Shown piece by piece: positions 1 to 12,776 of a stretch of DNA of 64,000 bases. Source of the stretch: Octopus sinensis. Lineage: Eukaryota. The position numbers were made by a program, and so were the translations under genes. Where the stretch lies: NCBI RefSeq assembly GCF_006345805.1, contig NC_043002.1, positions 6,634,001 through 6,698,000 of the forward strand. The letters are read 5' to 3'. Within the stretch, counting starts at the first letter, position 1, and each line of letters begins with the position of its first letter. Under the pieces are notes generated by a model. That model did no database searches and was not told where the DNA came from. It saw only the letters and a program-made list of their open reading frames with translations.

Positions 1-19
1 TACCGTTGTGAAGGATGTG

Positions 20-345
20 AATACTTAAGACCTAATAGAACTCAAAGAATTTCTAGTGAAACAAAAATACCCGTCTCTACTTGTAAAAAAGGGTATACAG
101 CGTGCTACAGAAATATCAGTACAACAACTTAGGGCAATCCAAGAAAGAGGAAAACAAGAATAGATTCTACCATTTATAGTGACACAATCCATGTCACCAA
201 AATATCTTTAGCATTGCCAAAGCAAACTTGCGAATCATTGTTGAAGGTAATGAATTAAAGGATATAAGAACGGGCCAGATACGGTTCTAAGCAAAAGACA
301 GCCAAAAAATTCCGAATAATTATTAACAAATTCAAAGTTCAACCT
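20..345 (+). mobile_element. Penelope-like element relic (RT thumb/linker region), frameshifted
   Basis: Manual translation gives LKEFLVKQKYPSLLVKKGIQRA...ILPFIVT..NP..NIF...SKRQPKN..LLTNSKF with stops and frameshifts, typical of the PLE RT C-terminal region. Confidence 0.75.
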
Positions 346-461
346 AAGCAACGATGACGAATCATTCAATGTATCTAAATGCAATGATAATCGAACACAA
401 AAGCCAGAAGAATATTTGCAAATGCAAATATGAACTACGAAAGAAAGTAGAAATTTAATTT

Positions 462-822
462 ACTCGCGGTCGGAGGATCGCGGTTTTTGATTCACAGACC
501 GGGCGTTGTGTGTGTTTATTGAGCGAAAACACCTAAAGCTCAACGAGGCTCCGGCAGGGGGTGGTGGGCGACACCTGTTGTACTCTTTCGCTCCAACTTT
601 CTCTCCCTCTTTCTTCCTGTTTCTTGTCCCCTACTTCCTACGCAACCGCTGAGCCTGGATGCACATTCATCCATCCGTCGATGCTCTCGGTGTCGGGGGT
701 TGACCTGCTTTCTCTTCTGCGGGTCTTACGAATAGCAAAGGACCACGTTTCGGACTTCTCCCATCTTGGGAGCTCTGGGACGAAGACCGTTCGCTCAACA
801 GCACAGCACAGCAACAGCAACA
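462..822 (+). mobile_element. tRNA-derived SINE, family C tail variant 1 (5'-clipped)
   Basis: Closely matches 34306-34691 in reverse; B-box-like segment; ends CGCTCAAC plus (CAA/CAG)n tail. Confidence 0.85.
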
Positions 823-1249
823 GTGACAATAATAAAAGTGATGGTGATGATGGTGTTAGTGTTAACCATATCAACATTGACTTGATTGAAATGAAGAAAT
901 TTCTGTAAAATTGTAGGAATGGTAGCAATAGAATTCAATGAAAAGTAAACAACATTCCTAAATATAGCGAAACAATTATTTCTTTAGGTGCGGTCAAAAT
1001 AAAGAATCCTTGACGTGCCCACCAAACCGTGACGTCCAAGCGGCACACCGATTGGTTAAAATATTTCGTTGAAAAAAGTGAGATAAATGCTAACCATGTT
1101 GGCGAATTCACTAAACCGTGGAATCTGAGCCACATACTGATTGGTCAAAGTACAGTCCGTAAAATTCAGCCTGGTGGAGCCCATCGGGAGGTAGTTAAGG
1201 GGAAATTTAATCATTTCACTACAATTGTCAATTGTGGAACACAGCTGTC

Positions 1250-1257
1250 ACCACCAA

Positions 1258-1341
<84 letters not shown>

Positions 1342-1352
1342 AACTACTGCTG

Positions 1353-1384
<32 letters not shown>

Positions 1385-1641
1385 GCTGCTGCTGCTACTA
1401 CTACTACTACTACCAGCACCGCCACTACTATTACTGCTACTACTACTACTACTACCACCACCACCACCACCACCAATACTACTACTACTGCTACTACAAC
1501 TGCTACTACTACTACTGCTACTACTACTACTACCACCACCACCACCACCACTACCAATACTACTACAACTGCTACTACTACTACTGCTACTACTACTACT
1601 ACTACAACTACTACTACTACTACTACAATCACTACTACTAC
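1250..1641. repeat. Compound trinucleotide array (CTA/CAC/CTG)n
   Basis: Directly visible; produces the poly-L/T/Y/S/V ORFs. Confidence 0.95.
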
Positions 1642-2183
1642 TTAAACATGATGATTGCACAACGCATGAAAGTACTTTGTTCTATCACAATAAATATATG
1701 ATACCCTAATATTCTAATATTGTAAAATTGTAAAAGTTGTAAATAATAAAACGTGAAAATCAGAATAGGTTGAAATTTCATTGATTAACATATGTGTGTG
1801 TGTGTGTGTGTGTGTATCATTTAGGAATGGATATACCGTATTTATGTATCTACAATTTATCAGAGAATGTATTGACCATTGTGTCCTTCCTTTTCTTTAT
1901 AGGCGAGAAAGTATGAGTTGAAACAGGTTTTGCTGCTATCTTTAGCAAATCGTGCGAACTTACAGTAGCTCTAAAATAATAACATCTGCTCTTCGTAAAT
2001 ATGTTCTTTGAGCGGATTGTAATTTCGAAGTATTTGAATTTTTGTAGGAATATATTTTCATCTTGTCAAACTGAAATGGGATCGTGTGTATTAAAAATAA
2101 ATTTTGAACCCATCATCTCTATACAAGCATATCTATTCAATATCAGATTTAATATTCAACAAGAATATATGCTTTTAACTTAC

Positions 2184-2240
2184 CAGTTCAGAAAGTACTT
2201 CAGGTCTGTTCATGAGAATATCAAATATTTCATAGCCATT
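2184..2240 (-). CDS. Candidate internal exon of unidentified gene ([19 protein letters not shown])
   Basis: 57 bp, AAG acceptor after a pyrimidine tract, GTAAGT donor, open in phase 0; no homology recognised. Confidence 0.3.
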
Positions 2241-2359
2241 CTTTTGTATTCAAGGACAGGAGAAAAGAAAATGAATGTAAGAATTGCATTCTTACAATAT
2301 CAAGAGTATGCTCATGGATGCTAATAAACTGATCCCGAATTATATAAATATAAATGTAA

Positions 2360-2425
<66 letters not shown>

Positions 2426-2514
2426 CATATGCGTATGTGTGTAGAGATATATGTGCATATATACACACATATATATATACATATACATATATATATATAA
2501 TATATATATATATA

Positions 2515-2553
<39 letters not shown>

Positions 2554-3181
2554 ACTTATACTATATATATATGTTGTATGCTTTCTCTTCCTTTTCGTCT
2601 CTTCCATCATCTTTCACAAATCTATATATTTTGCAACTTCTAGCCTATATTTATGGCTGTCATTATCATCCTCCCACTGTCGTCGTCTTGTAGTTTCTTC
2701 TTTCTTCTTCTTCTTTTCTTCTTCTTCTTCTCTTCTCTCCTTCTCCTTCTTTTACTTCGTCTTCTTCTTCTTCTCCCTTCTCCTTCTTCTTCTCATGGAG
2801 TCTTCTTCTTGATTCTTCTTCTTATTCTCCTTCTCCTTCTTCTTCTTCTTCTTCTTCTTCTTTCTATTCTCCTCCTGTTTATTTTTGTTATTTATTGTTT
2901 TTACATCTTCTTCATAATTTACTCCGACTTCTTTTTCCCCACGAAAACTTTTTATTATTATATTTGATATATTTCTTTTCGTTATTCATTCCTTTCTTCT
3001 TGTCTTTCATTTCATGAGGCTGTTCATGTCAGTTTGGATTGGGGATTGAAATAACTCAGTTCATTCACCTATACGGAAGTCCATGAACAAGACGAGACAG
3101 CGCATTAGTCATCCACCTTCAATAAAACAGAACGCCTATTATATTGCTCCGAACAGAAGGTAGAAGGAAAACTACTACTAC

Positions 3182-3232
<51 letters not shown>

Positions 3233-3565
3233 CCTCAATAATAATAATGATATCACTAATAATAATAATATATATCAATAATAATAATAATAATAATAAT
3301 CATAATAGTAACAATAACAACAATAATGATATCAATACTAATAATAATAATAATACTAATAATAAAAGAGAAGAAGAATAGAAGAAGCAAGAGAAGAGAA
3401 GCAAGAACAAGAACAACAAACCAAAACAACAACAACAATAGCAACAACGATTTCTTTCATTTGCCACACGAGCGTCCGATGAGTGGGATATTAGAAAGAC
3501 AGGTTGAAGTTTGTATGATTTGAAACGAAGATGAAGCTCATGCCGGCGACAATGATGACGATGAC

Positions 3566-3598
<33 letters not shown>

Positions 3599-3638
3599 GA
3601 TGACGAGGACGATGACGATGATGATGATGATGATTAAC

Positions 3639-3869
3639 GGCGGTGAGCTGGCAGAATCGTTAGCACGCCGGGCCAAATGCGTAGCCGTATTTCTTCTGCC
3701 GTTACGTTGTGAGTTCAAATTCCGCCGAGGTCGACTTTGCCTTTCTTCCTTTCGGGGTCGATAAATTAAGTACCAGTTACGCACTGGGGTCGATTACATC
3801 GACCTAATCCCTTCGTCTGTCATTGTTTGTCTTCTCTGTGTTTAGCACCTTGTGGGTAGTAAGGAAATA
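3639..3869 (+). mobile_element. tRNA-derived SINE family A
   Basis: GGCGGYGAGCTGGCAGAA head, B box GAGTTCAAATTCC, tail TGTGGGTAGTAA.GAAATA; about 13 copies or fragments in the window. Confidence 0.9.
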
Positions 3870-4112
3870 GATGATAATGACGTTGACGACGATGATGATG
3901 ATGATGACGTCGTGGAGTAGTGGTAGTAGTGATGATAGTCGCCGTCATCATCATCATCATCGTTATCGTTACCATCATCTTTACGACGTCGCTTATACCG
4001 AGAGAAAATAGAAGTGTTTGTCACGTAGCGAATTTAGTGAACTTGAAAAGATTTGACAGCAATGCCATAACTTCCACCCCGACTATTCATACGTTTAGAC
4101 GATACGTTTACT

Positions 4113-4143
<31 letters not shown>

Positions 4144-4167
4144 ACGCACACACATACACCACACACA

Positions 4168-4215
<48 letters not shown>

Positions 4216-4330
4216 CACAAACACACATACATGTGTGTGTGTTCAAACATAAGCACACACCGAAATACATAAATTCATACCTATGAGTGTGAGAAGGTGT
4301 GTACATGTGTGTGTGTGTGTGTGCACTCGT

Positions 4331-4368
<38 letters not shown>

Positions 4369-4577
4369 TGTGTGTACAAGTACACACAGATTCAATCACT
4401 ATTGTCCATCTCATTGATTTCCACTCTTTTCTAGAATGTTAACCCGTGTCACCACCCCAGTTATCTTCCGTTTTGTTAAGAGCTAAAAATGTTGATCCCG
4501 TTAGACAGCTAAACGTAATTATACCATGGAATTTCCCCCTTGAATAGGAAGGTTATGACTCGATAATGTATACTGTC

Positions 4578-4633
<56 letters not shown>

Positions 4634-4709
4634 CCTCTTTATTGTTATTAATTATTTTTTGGAAGGAATATCTCAATATTTTAGAGGTTGTTATTTCCGA
4701 TTCTTTTAA

Positions 4710-4938
4710 GGCGTCGAGCTGGAAGAAACGTTAGCACACGGGGCGAAATGCGTAGCCGTATTTCGTCTGCCGTTACGTTCTGAGTTCAAATTCCACCGAG
4801 GTCGACTTTGCCTTTCATCTTTTCGGGGTCAATTAAATAAGTACTAGTTACGCACTGGGGTCGATATAATCGACTTAATCCGTTTGTCTGTCCTTGTTTG
4901 TCCTCTCTGTGTTTAGCCCCTTGTGGGTAGTAAAGAAT
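4710..4938 (+). mobile_element. SINE family A
   Basis: Full-length match to other copies. Confidence 0.9.
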
Positions 4939-5090
4939 TATTTCGGATGCTTTTATTAGCATTGTTGTTTCTATTTCCACGTAATGCCACCTGAGAAGAA
5001 ACGTGTTCTTTCCTTGATCGAGGGGTGTAAATGTGTGAAGGCGTGTGCACTTGTGCATGCGAATGTTTGTTGGTATGTGTGTCTGTAAGC

Positions 5091-5330
5091 AAATTTGGCC
5101 TCGGTGGAATTCGAACTGAGAACATAAAGAGCTGAAATATCACTTCGCATTTTGCCCGACGTACTAACGATTCTGCCAGCTCGCCGCCTTACTCTATAAT
5201 TTAATATTCCTGTACTTGCGTCCGTCTTTATCAAATCCAGCCGTGGTCGACTTTGCTTTTCGTCTTCTCGAGATCGATAGAATAAGCACCAATCGAACGC
5301 TCGGCCGATGTAATCGAATTACCCACTCCC
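5091..5330. mobile_element. SINE family A fragments (head on minus 5091-5188; diverged core on plus about 5236-5330)
   Basis: Sequence similarity to family A. Confidence 0.7.
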
Positions 5331-5372
5331 TCGAAATTACTGATCTTATGCTAAAATGTGAAATAAACATAC

Positions 5373-5405
5373 AAATAGTTCTGTAGATGGAAGAACTGGA
5401 ATAAT
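5373..5405 (-). CDS. Candidate internal exon (IIPVLPSTELF)
   Basis: 33 bp, acceptor CATTTTCAACAG, donor GTATGT, phase 0-0. Confidence 0.3.
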
Positions 5406-5608
5406 CTGTTGAAAATGACATAGGTTCTATTTCTTTTCCGTATGTATGTGTATATATAAGCAAATACGTAAAACAATTTATTTTCTAATCTGCCAATCGA
5501 ATATGTATCATTCTATTTTCCATCTGACTTTCAATTCCTGTCTGACTGTCTGATTGTCTGCCTTTTGTCTGTCTGTCTTGTCTCTGTCTCTGTCTCTCTG
5601 TCTCTCTC

Positions 5609-5642
<34 letters not shown>

Positions 5643-5663
5643 GTATATGTGGGTGTGGGTGTG

Positions 5664-5695
<32 letters not shown>

Positions 5696-5963
5696 GATGT
5701 ATATGTATGTATATATATATGTATATTAGATATATATATATATATATGTATATATAATATATATAATATATATATATAATATATATATATACACACCACA
5801 CCCACATATACATAATATATATATATATATATGTATATGTGGGTGTGGGTGTATATATATATATATATATCTATATATATGTATATATATATGTATATGT
5901 ATGTATATATATATGTATATAGATATATATATATTATATATGTATATATATATATGTATGTGT

Positions 5964-5994
<31 letters not shown>

Positions 5995-7038
5995 GATATA
6001 TATATATATGTGTGTGTATGTATGTATGTATATATTCACCTACCTACCGATCCATCTACATATACCTGCCATTCTTCCTAACTGCTAACACAGCGAGTAT
6101 TTTCCTCTTTCTTTGTTTTCTCTCTATAACCTCTTATTCATTTCATTTATAAAGCCACAGTTTCATATTTGCGACTTCTGCTTCAGCATGTTGTTTTTGT
6201 AATGTCACCTTTCAGGCTCTCCCCCCCCCCCACTACACTCATATCTTCGAGGCTCTTTGTACGGCAGTTTAGCGCTTGAAAGGAAAGTGCGTCTGGATGT
6301 CGGCACCTTACCGTACTAACTAGAGCAGAAAATGACCGTCAATGAAATCTCATGAGAATGATATAGATACGTAAACAATAGAGAAAGCCTGTTACATCTA
6401 AGACATCTAAGACACACACATACACACATGCACAATATCATGAACAATTATAAACACACATGCACACCTATATACCATACATTGGGGGCACAACACACAA
6501 ATACTCATTCACAAACACTTATTTCAAAACACGTATTAGACACAGATACGCCCACACATAATTATATATTCATTTAGTTTTACTAAGCAATGCAGAAACT
6601 TAAATACAAACATGCGAACACGTGTTCACACACAGGCCCACATACACACATACACACATACACACACATACATATACATACGTACACAGAGGCAATATAT
6701 ACACATGAAACCAAAAACATCAAGACACTTAAAATGGACGACACTTCACTTATTCAGACATTCACACGCATCTATGTACAGACTTAAAAATACCTTCTTT
6801 GCACAGGAATACACCTAACAGTGATTCGTATACGATCGTTAATGATTTGAGAAAAAAAGCATATACGCCGCACATTTACATTCTCAAAAAGGCAAAAAAA
6901 AAGAAAGAAATCATGATGTGCATTGAATTCCTGAACACCAGAGAAGAGATGTTGATCCGTATTTAATTAGCGTTCCTTCCTTGCCTCTCAATGAAGAGCA
7001 AAAATATGATAGAATCTTAAAATTCTTCCTGTTATGCT

Positions 7039-7247
7039 CCTTTACTTGTTTCAGTCATTTGACTGCGGCCATGCTGGAGCACCGCCTTTAGTCGAGCAAA
7101 TCGACCCTGGGACTTATTCTTTGTAAGCCTAGTACTTAATCTATCAGCCTCTTTTGCCGAACCGCTAAGTGACGGGGACATAAACACACCAGCATCTGTT
7201 GTCAAGCAATGCTAGGGGGACAGATACGAACACACAAACATACACAC

Positions 7248-7293
<46 letters not shown>

Positions 7294-7517
7294 ATATATA
7301 TAATATATATATAATATATATCTATATATATATATATATATATATACTATATACGACGAGCTTCTTTCAGTTTCCGTTTACCAAATCCACTCACAAAGCT
7401 TTGGTCGGCCCGAGGCTATAGTAGAAGACACTTGCCCAAGATGCCACGCAGTGGGACTTAACCCGGAACAAAGTGGTTGGTAAGGAAGCTACTTACCACA
7501 CAGCCTCTCTTGCGCCT
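7039..7517 (-). mobile_element. Bipartite SINE family B with internal (TA)n/(TG)n
   Basis: tRNA-like head (GTGGCTGTGTGGTAAG...GGTTCAGTCCC in consensus), internal microsatellite, tail CAGTCAAATGACTGAAACAAGTAAA. Confidence 0.9.
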
Positions 7518-7629
7518 ATATATATGCTATTTATAATTTGCTGTATTTGAAGGAAGATTGTGCGTTTATAAAGTTTGTAGGCTGTTCTTGACCAGTGAAA
7601 TTGATGTCATTAAGGCTCCTCTTGAACTT

Positions 7630-9330
7630 ATGGAATCCAAAACCTCCAGTAAAGATATGAGCAGGGAAGGAAATCTAGTGAGCCGAAGTTCTGAAAAAAA
7701 AAGGAATGAACTTAATAATTAGTGGGGTGAGTTGGGGAGGGATACAGCAAGGCTGATGAGAGAAGAGAAGACGATTTGAATGGGAATGCCTCAATGAAGA
7801 AGACATGAGCCCAGTAAGCACAGAGGAGCCGAGGCTATTGTAGTTGCCGTAGAAAATGCAGTGTGACAACAGCGCATCCTTGAGCGAGCTTGCGACTGGA
7901 GCACGTCTCAATGACTATGCTCATCAGTCGGGTGACCCTTTTCTGGGGGCAGTTTAAGCTATGTGCATATGCGAGACCTGAGCGCAATCATTCTCGATGT
8001 GGGATCAATACTCCGTTGAAGTCCTTACCTAAATTCTGTAAAGTGTCTATAATTGTTGCAGGATAAAATATTTTCTTGATTTGAAGAGAAGGGCTAATTT
8101 TTGGGCTGCAGCCCTAGCTACGCAGAAGATGCGCTTTATCCATGAGAGATTCTTGGTGACAGTGCGACTCCTAACAACTGGAACGATTTTGATGAGTGTT
8201 GTCCATGGTTAACGAGGCCTGGTGCGATTATGTTTTGTTGAAAGGAGCAGCATTTATGTTTCCTAGCTTTTGAAAGAATGAAGATCGCTATCAACGCTTC
8301 TGTGCATGGAATTTGTGCGAGTCTGGAATGTTGCGTCTGGGGTTGTGAATGTATAATTCTTAATTGGTGGAGGTAAGTGAGGAATAATTAGTATTGTTTG
8401 TATTAGAGTGAGGGTTGTGTTGTTGGATGTAGCGGAAAGTAAGTCCTTAATGCCGAAAAGATCGTGAGTAAGAAATCAGACCTAACCGTGGGACATCACC
8501 TTTGATTTAATGAGGGACAAGGAGAGCTCCATAACCACATGCAGTAATAGAGTAATCTACTGTGAGCTCCGAATAATGAGAGAGATGAAGCCCATAAGTA
8601 GGAATTTTTCATCGAAGATTCTTATGCCAGGCGAAGACATCAACATTACTTTCACCAAATTCTTCCAAGGCAAGAGTTTACTGTTGGGTGACAGGAAGGT
8701 ACAGATCACTAGAGGATGTGGTTTTGCCGAAACTTTACTGGAGGTCATTAAGGTGTGTGTGTGAGAGATAGAGAGAGAGAAGAAAGAAGGAGAGAGGCTA
8801 GAGAGAGAGAAGGAGAGAGAAGTAGAGAGGAGAATGAGAGAGAGAAGGAGAGAGAGGGAGAGAGAGGGAGAAGGAGAGAGAGAGAGCGATAGTTTCAAAG
8901 TATTAGCCAGCACTGTTAATGGCTGTCTCCATTATCTGAGAGATATTAGAAGTGAATGCATTAGAGCGACAATTGACAGAGTCAGTGCGGTTGTCTTTCT
9001 TGGTAATGAAACACGTTGCAGGGAGTTTCCAGAGGTCAAAGTAGAATATGAGGAATCAAAGTAGAGACTTAGTGAGTACAGGGGAAAATTTTAGGTTGCA
9101 TGGTTTGAGAGTAATAAAAGGGACCCTATCAAGAGACTTGAATTGACCGACGTTTGTGACGTTTGTGTAGGTAAACTTGGAATGCAGAAGAGGGTATTTG
9201 AGATTTGCAAATTGTATGCAACGAAGATTTTGCTGCAGAGTGTGTAGCGGGGGTGGAAGGTTTCTCTTCGAGTGTCCTGCTCACAGAACCCTCGCTGTTG
9301 TGACAAAGAATTCATTTTGACAAAAAAGTA
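7630..9330 (-). mobile_element. Decayed non-LTR retrotransposon RT (CR1/L2/Jockey group), interrupted by (GA)n at about 8760-8890
   Basis: Minus-strand translation has PVLTK..WK.....KKD..D.VNCRS..FTS.IS.IME.AIN and LND.Q..F...S.DL...ALEEFGES...WHKNL..K.P.YGL, with many stops. Confidence 0.8.
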
Positions 9331-9700
9331 AAAGAATAGACACGAGATAACTTGAGAGCTGGATAATGCACAAAGTCTTCATTCGCAGTTAACATAATGG
9401 CTATAGAGATGTCTTGCTAAGTAATAGATGTGTGTGTGTGCGTGTATGTGTGTGTGTGTGTTATTAAATTCCTTTTGTTAAACTCGTACCTGTATATAAA
9501 CATGTTCATGCCTATAATAGTTTTTTTTTGTTTCTTTTATTGTATATTTTCTTAACTTCGCTAATGAACAGGTGATGTAGGTAATTTCTGAATAGTATTA
9601 TCTAATACATGGCTCGTCAGATACTCTTTTCCGTTAGCTGCCGAAGTTCTTATGTTTGTCCATGGATTATATTTTAACCGTTGAGACTTAATCTATCAAG

Positions 9701-9836
9701 AAAACATAATCGCACCAGACCCAGTAAATCCTTCTTCGAAATGTTCTAATCGATGGGAGAAACACTCATCGAAATGTTCCATTTGTTGGAGGTCTCACTA
9801 TCACCAAAGATCTCTCATGGATAAAGCACATCTTCA
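9701..9836 (+). mobile_element. Short fragment of the same LINE family, inverted relative to 8125-8236
   Basis: AAAACATAATCGCACCAG...TCTCTCATGGATAAAGC.CATCTTC shared with the reverse complement of 8125-8236. Confidence 0.6.
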
Positions 9837-9944
9837 ACGTGGATTTTTATAAATCACATATTTACCATAAGCATACTTCGTACTACATACGACCATATAC
9901 ACACATACATAAACACATATATATACAGAGAGAGGAATAGATAG

Positions 9945-10062
<118 letters not shown>

Positions 10063-10425
10063 ATGAGTGAGTGAGATGTAAGCTGAACAAATTCAGAAAT
10101 ACTCATTTACAAATTGCTTCTTCCTTCGAATTCATCAGAAATAATCACGAGAGAAAAAAGAAAAAAAAAAAAACTAGAATATTGAATATCTATAAAATAT
10201 TCAGGGCTTGGAAGATAGGAAATGTAAACCTCAATGAAAGGAAAAGAGATGAGAGAAGTGAATATCTGGATGATACAAGAAAATAATGCATAAGTAAATT
10301 TATTACACTTTAAAATGAATAAAAATTCATATGGATGTACAGAGATTTCACAGAGAAAGCTTTTTCTTAGCTTTCGCTTGATGTTTGTATGTGGTGTAAG
10401 ACAGAGGTCAAAAAGGTGGACATTA

Positions 10426-10842
10426 GGAGTGGCTGCGTGGTAAGTAGCTTGCTTACAAACCACGTGGTTCCGGGTTCAGTCCCACTGCGTGGCAACTTGG
10501 ACAAGTGTCTTCTACTATAGTCTCGGGCTGACCAAAGCCTTGTGAGTGGATTTGGTAGACGGAAACTGAAAGAAGGCCGTCGTATATATATATATATATA
10601 TATGAGTGTATGTGTGTGCGTATATGTTTGTGTCTGTGTTTGTCCCCCCAACATCGCTTGACAACCGATGCTGGTGTGTTTACGTCCCCGTAACTTAACG
10701 GTTCGGCAAAAGAGACCGATAGAATAAGTACTAGGCTTACAAAGAATAAGTCCTGGGGTTGATTTGGTCGACTAAAAGCGGTGCTCCAGCATGGCCGCAG
10801 TCAAATGACTGAAACAAATAAAAGAGAGAAAGAGTAAAAGAG
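10426..10842 (+). mobile_element. SINE family B
   Basis: Full bipartite structure; tail ends in imperfect (GTAAAAGA)n. Confidence 0.9.
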
Positions 10843-11902
10843 TATTAAGCAAATAAAAATTATAAATTGTTTTACTGAACTTAGTGCATCCTCACTATCA
10901 GTTTTATATTTTAACACTTTAACCGAATATGTCATTCACTATTCATCTGCACAATCCAATCATTTATACCTGTTTGAGTATATTTCTCAGTATATAAAAC
11001 CGTGTATATAAAGCTGAATGACTTAAGCCCGGTGAACAGTAAAAACACAGGGCTTGATACATTACTCTTTACATCCTAAAATCCTCACATCTTTCCCTTT
11101 CATCCATCTATGCCCGATAAAATAGTACGACTAATATATTGTCGATTCAGTCGATACTATCCCATCTCTGTAAATGTGGTGACTATGTATCGAAACTGGA
11201 AATCTAATATTCATTGATTAGCGATCTGATTTTTAGTACTTTCTTTTAGTTGTATCTTTTTCTCTTGAAACAATAATTATGTAAAAGACAGACATCACAG
11301 TTCTAATAGTGTTTTCTTTTTTTAAATATCTCAAAGGACTAATATTTTTAAAGAGAGACTTGAGAATTGCAAACTTCAGTTTCATGATACAAGAAAACCG
11401 AAATGTCTGCAACAGATAATTGAAAGTGGTTTACGATTTCTGCTCTTTCAGCGATCACCACTGAAATGGACACTAGCGAACAATTTAAGTGATTAATTTT
11501 ATTTCACAAGTTAACTGGAATATTATTTTGACGTCTAGTCTATTACATGAAAAACGGAAAGCATGCGAAATATTAAATCTAAGTCATCTAAACTGTATGT
11601 CACTACATTCGTAATTGTATTTGATGTTATTTTACGATTTCACAGTTTTCATTATGCTTTTCAGTCTATTATTAAGCAATCTTTTGACCTAAATATATTT
11701 TTCTATCTCTCGGTTTGTAACTTTGTCTTTCAAACATATCTGTTTTCCTACACCTATCGGTCCACATTCCTGTACTTTTGCTTATTCAATCTCCTATCAC
11801 TACTGAAGTAAGTATAGTGAAGTCTATCTTTCACCGATGTCTAATATATAAGACTGAAGTATATCCTAACTATGAGAATTTATCAACAGCGCAATGGAAC
11901 AA

Positions 11903-12222
11903 TATTGTTGTATTTAAGAATGGTCATTTTGCCAGTTTTGCCAATAAAAACACACGCACTATATATTTAATGTTACTTTGCTTCAGCGTTATTTATATTT
12001 TACATTAATGGCTGACCGCTAGTAAGGAGAGACACACAAATAAGAAAGAAGAAAGCAAAGGACCACTTATGAGGTCACAGAAGTGTGACGAAAGTACTCT
12101 GGCCGAAATAAGATTAAGATTAATGTAAAAAATAAATAACGCTGAAGCAAAGTAACACCAAATGTATAGTGCGTGTGTTTTTATTGGCTAAACTGGCAAA
12201 ATGACCATTCCTAAATACAACG
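11903..12222. repeat. About 105-bp inverted repeat pair flanking a hammerhead-like motif (probable PLE pLTR relic)
   Basis: 11903-12007 is the reverse complement of 12117-12222; another arm copy at about 55403-55530. Confidence 0.75.
12061..12104 (+). ncRNA. Minimal type I hammerhead-like motif (one core mismatch)
   Basis: GACCA CTTATGA G GTCAC-agaagt-GTGAC GAAA GTAC TC TGGCC. Confidence 0.6.
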
Positions 12223-12289
12223 ATATCTGTTTCAACACACAATTTCACATCAAAAATCTTGCAAAACAAATATATAATCGTAACAATGG

Positions 12290-12450
12290 AACAATGTTAT
12301 CTTTTCTCATGAAATCTTGTTCACTTTTTATCCCACTTCGGCGCGAGTTGTTACGTACAACTCAAAGACGCCTCTCCAACCCTGATTGTTTGACCCCAGC
12401 TGTGAGCTATAAAGATGGCTCTTTGACTATTTGGGCAGCCATATCAGAAT
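12290..12450 (+). mobile_element. Tc1-like transposase relic
   Basis: NPDCLTPAVSYKDGSLTIWAAIS resembles the Tc1 PDCLxPTVKHGGGSVMIWxxIS motif. Confidence 0.65.
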
Positions 12451-12776
12451 TCTTTCGGACCACGTGAAAGAACGAATGTTGAAGAGGATGGAAGCATTAA
12501 CCATCTACTAAACGAGTGTTATAGGCTAATATAAAAAGCGTATAAACCCAATCATGACTGAACCAGTAAATGTGTGTTAGCCTTTTGATGTGACGGAAAA
12601 GTTGCATCACCACAATCCAGAGACTCTAATGGGGAATGGTAATTACAGGGTTTTATTGCATTTCTCTCTACAGACTGATCAAACTACTGAAACCACAAGA
12701 CAAGATACTATAGAGGAGGATAGAAAAAAAAAACTCATAGTAAGATAATTTCGGCTCACATGGCGGAGATGTAAAC

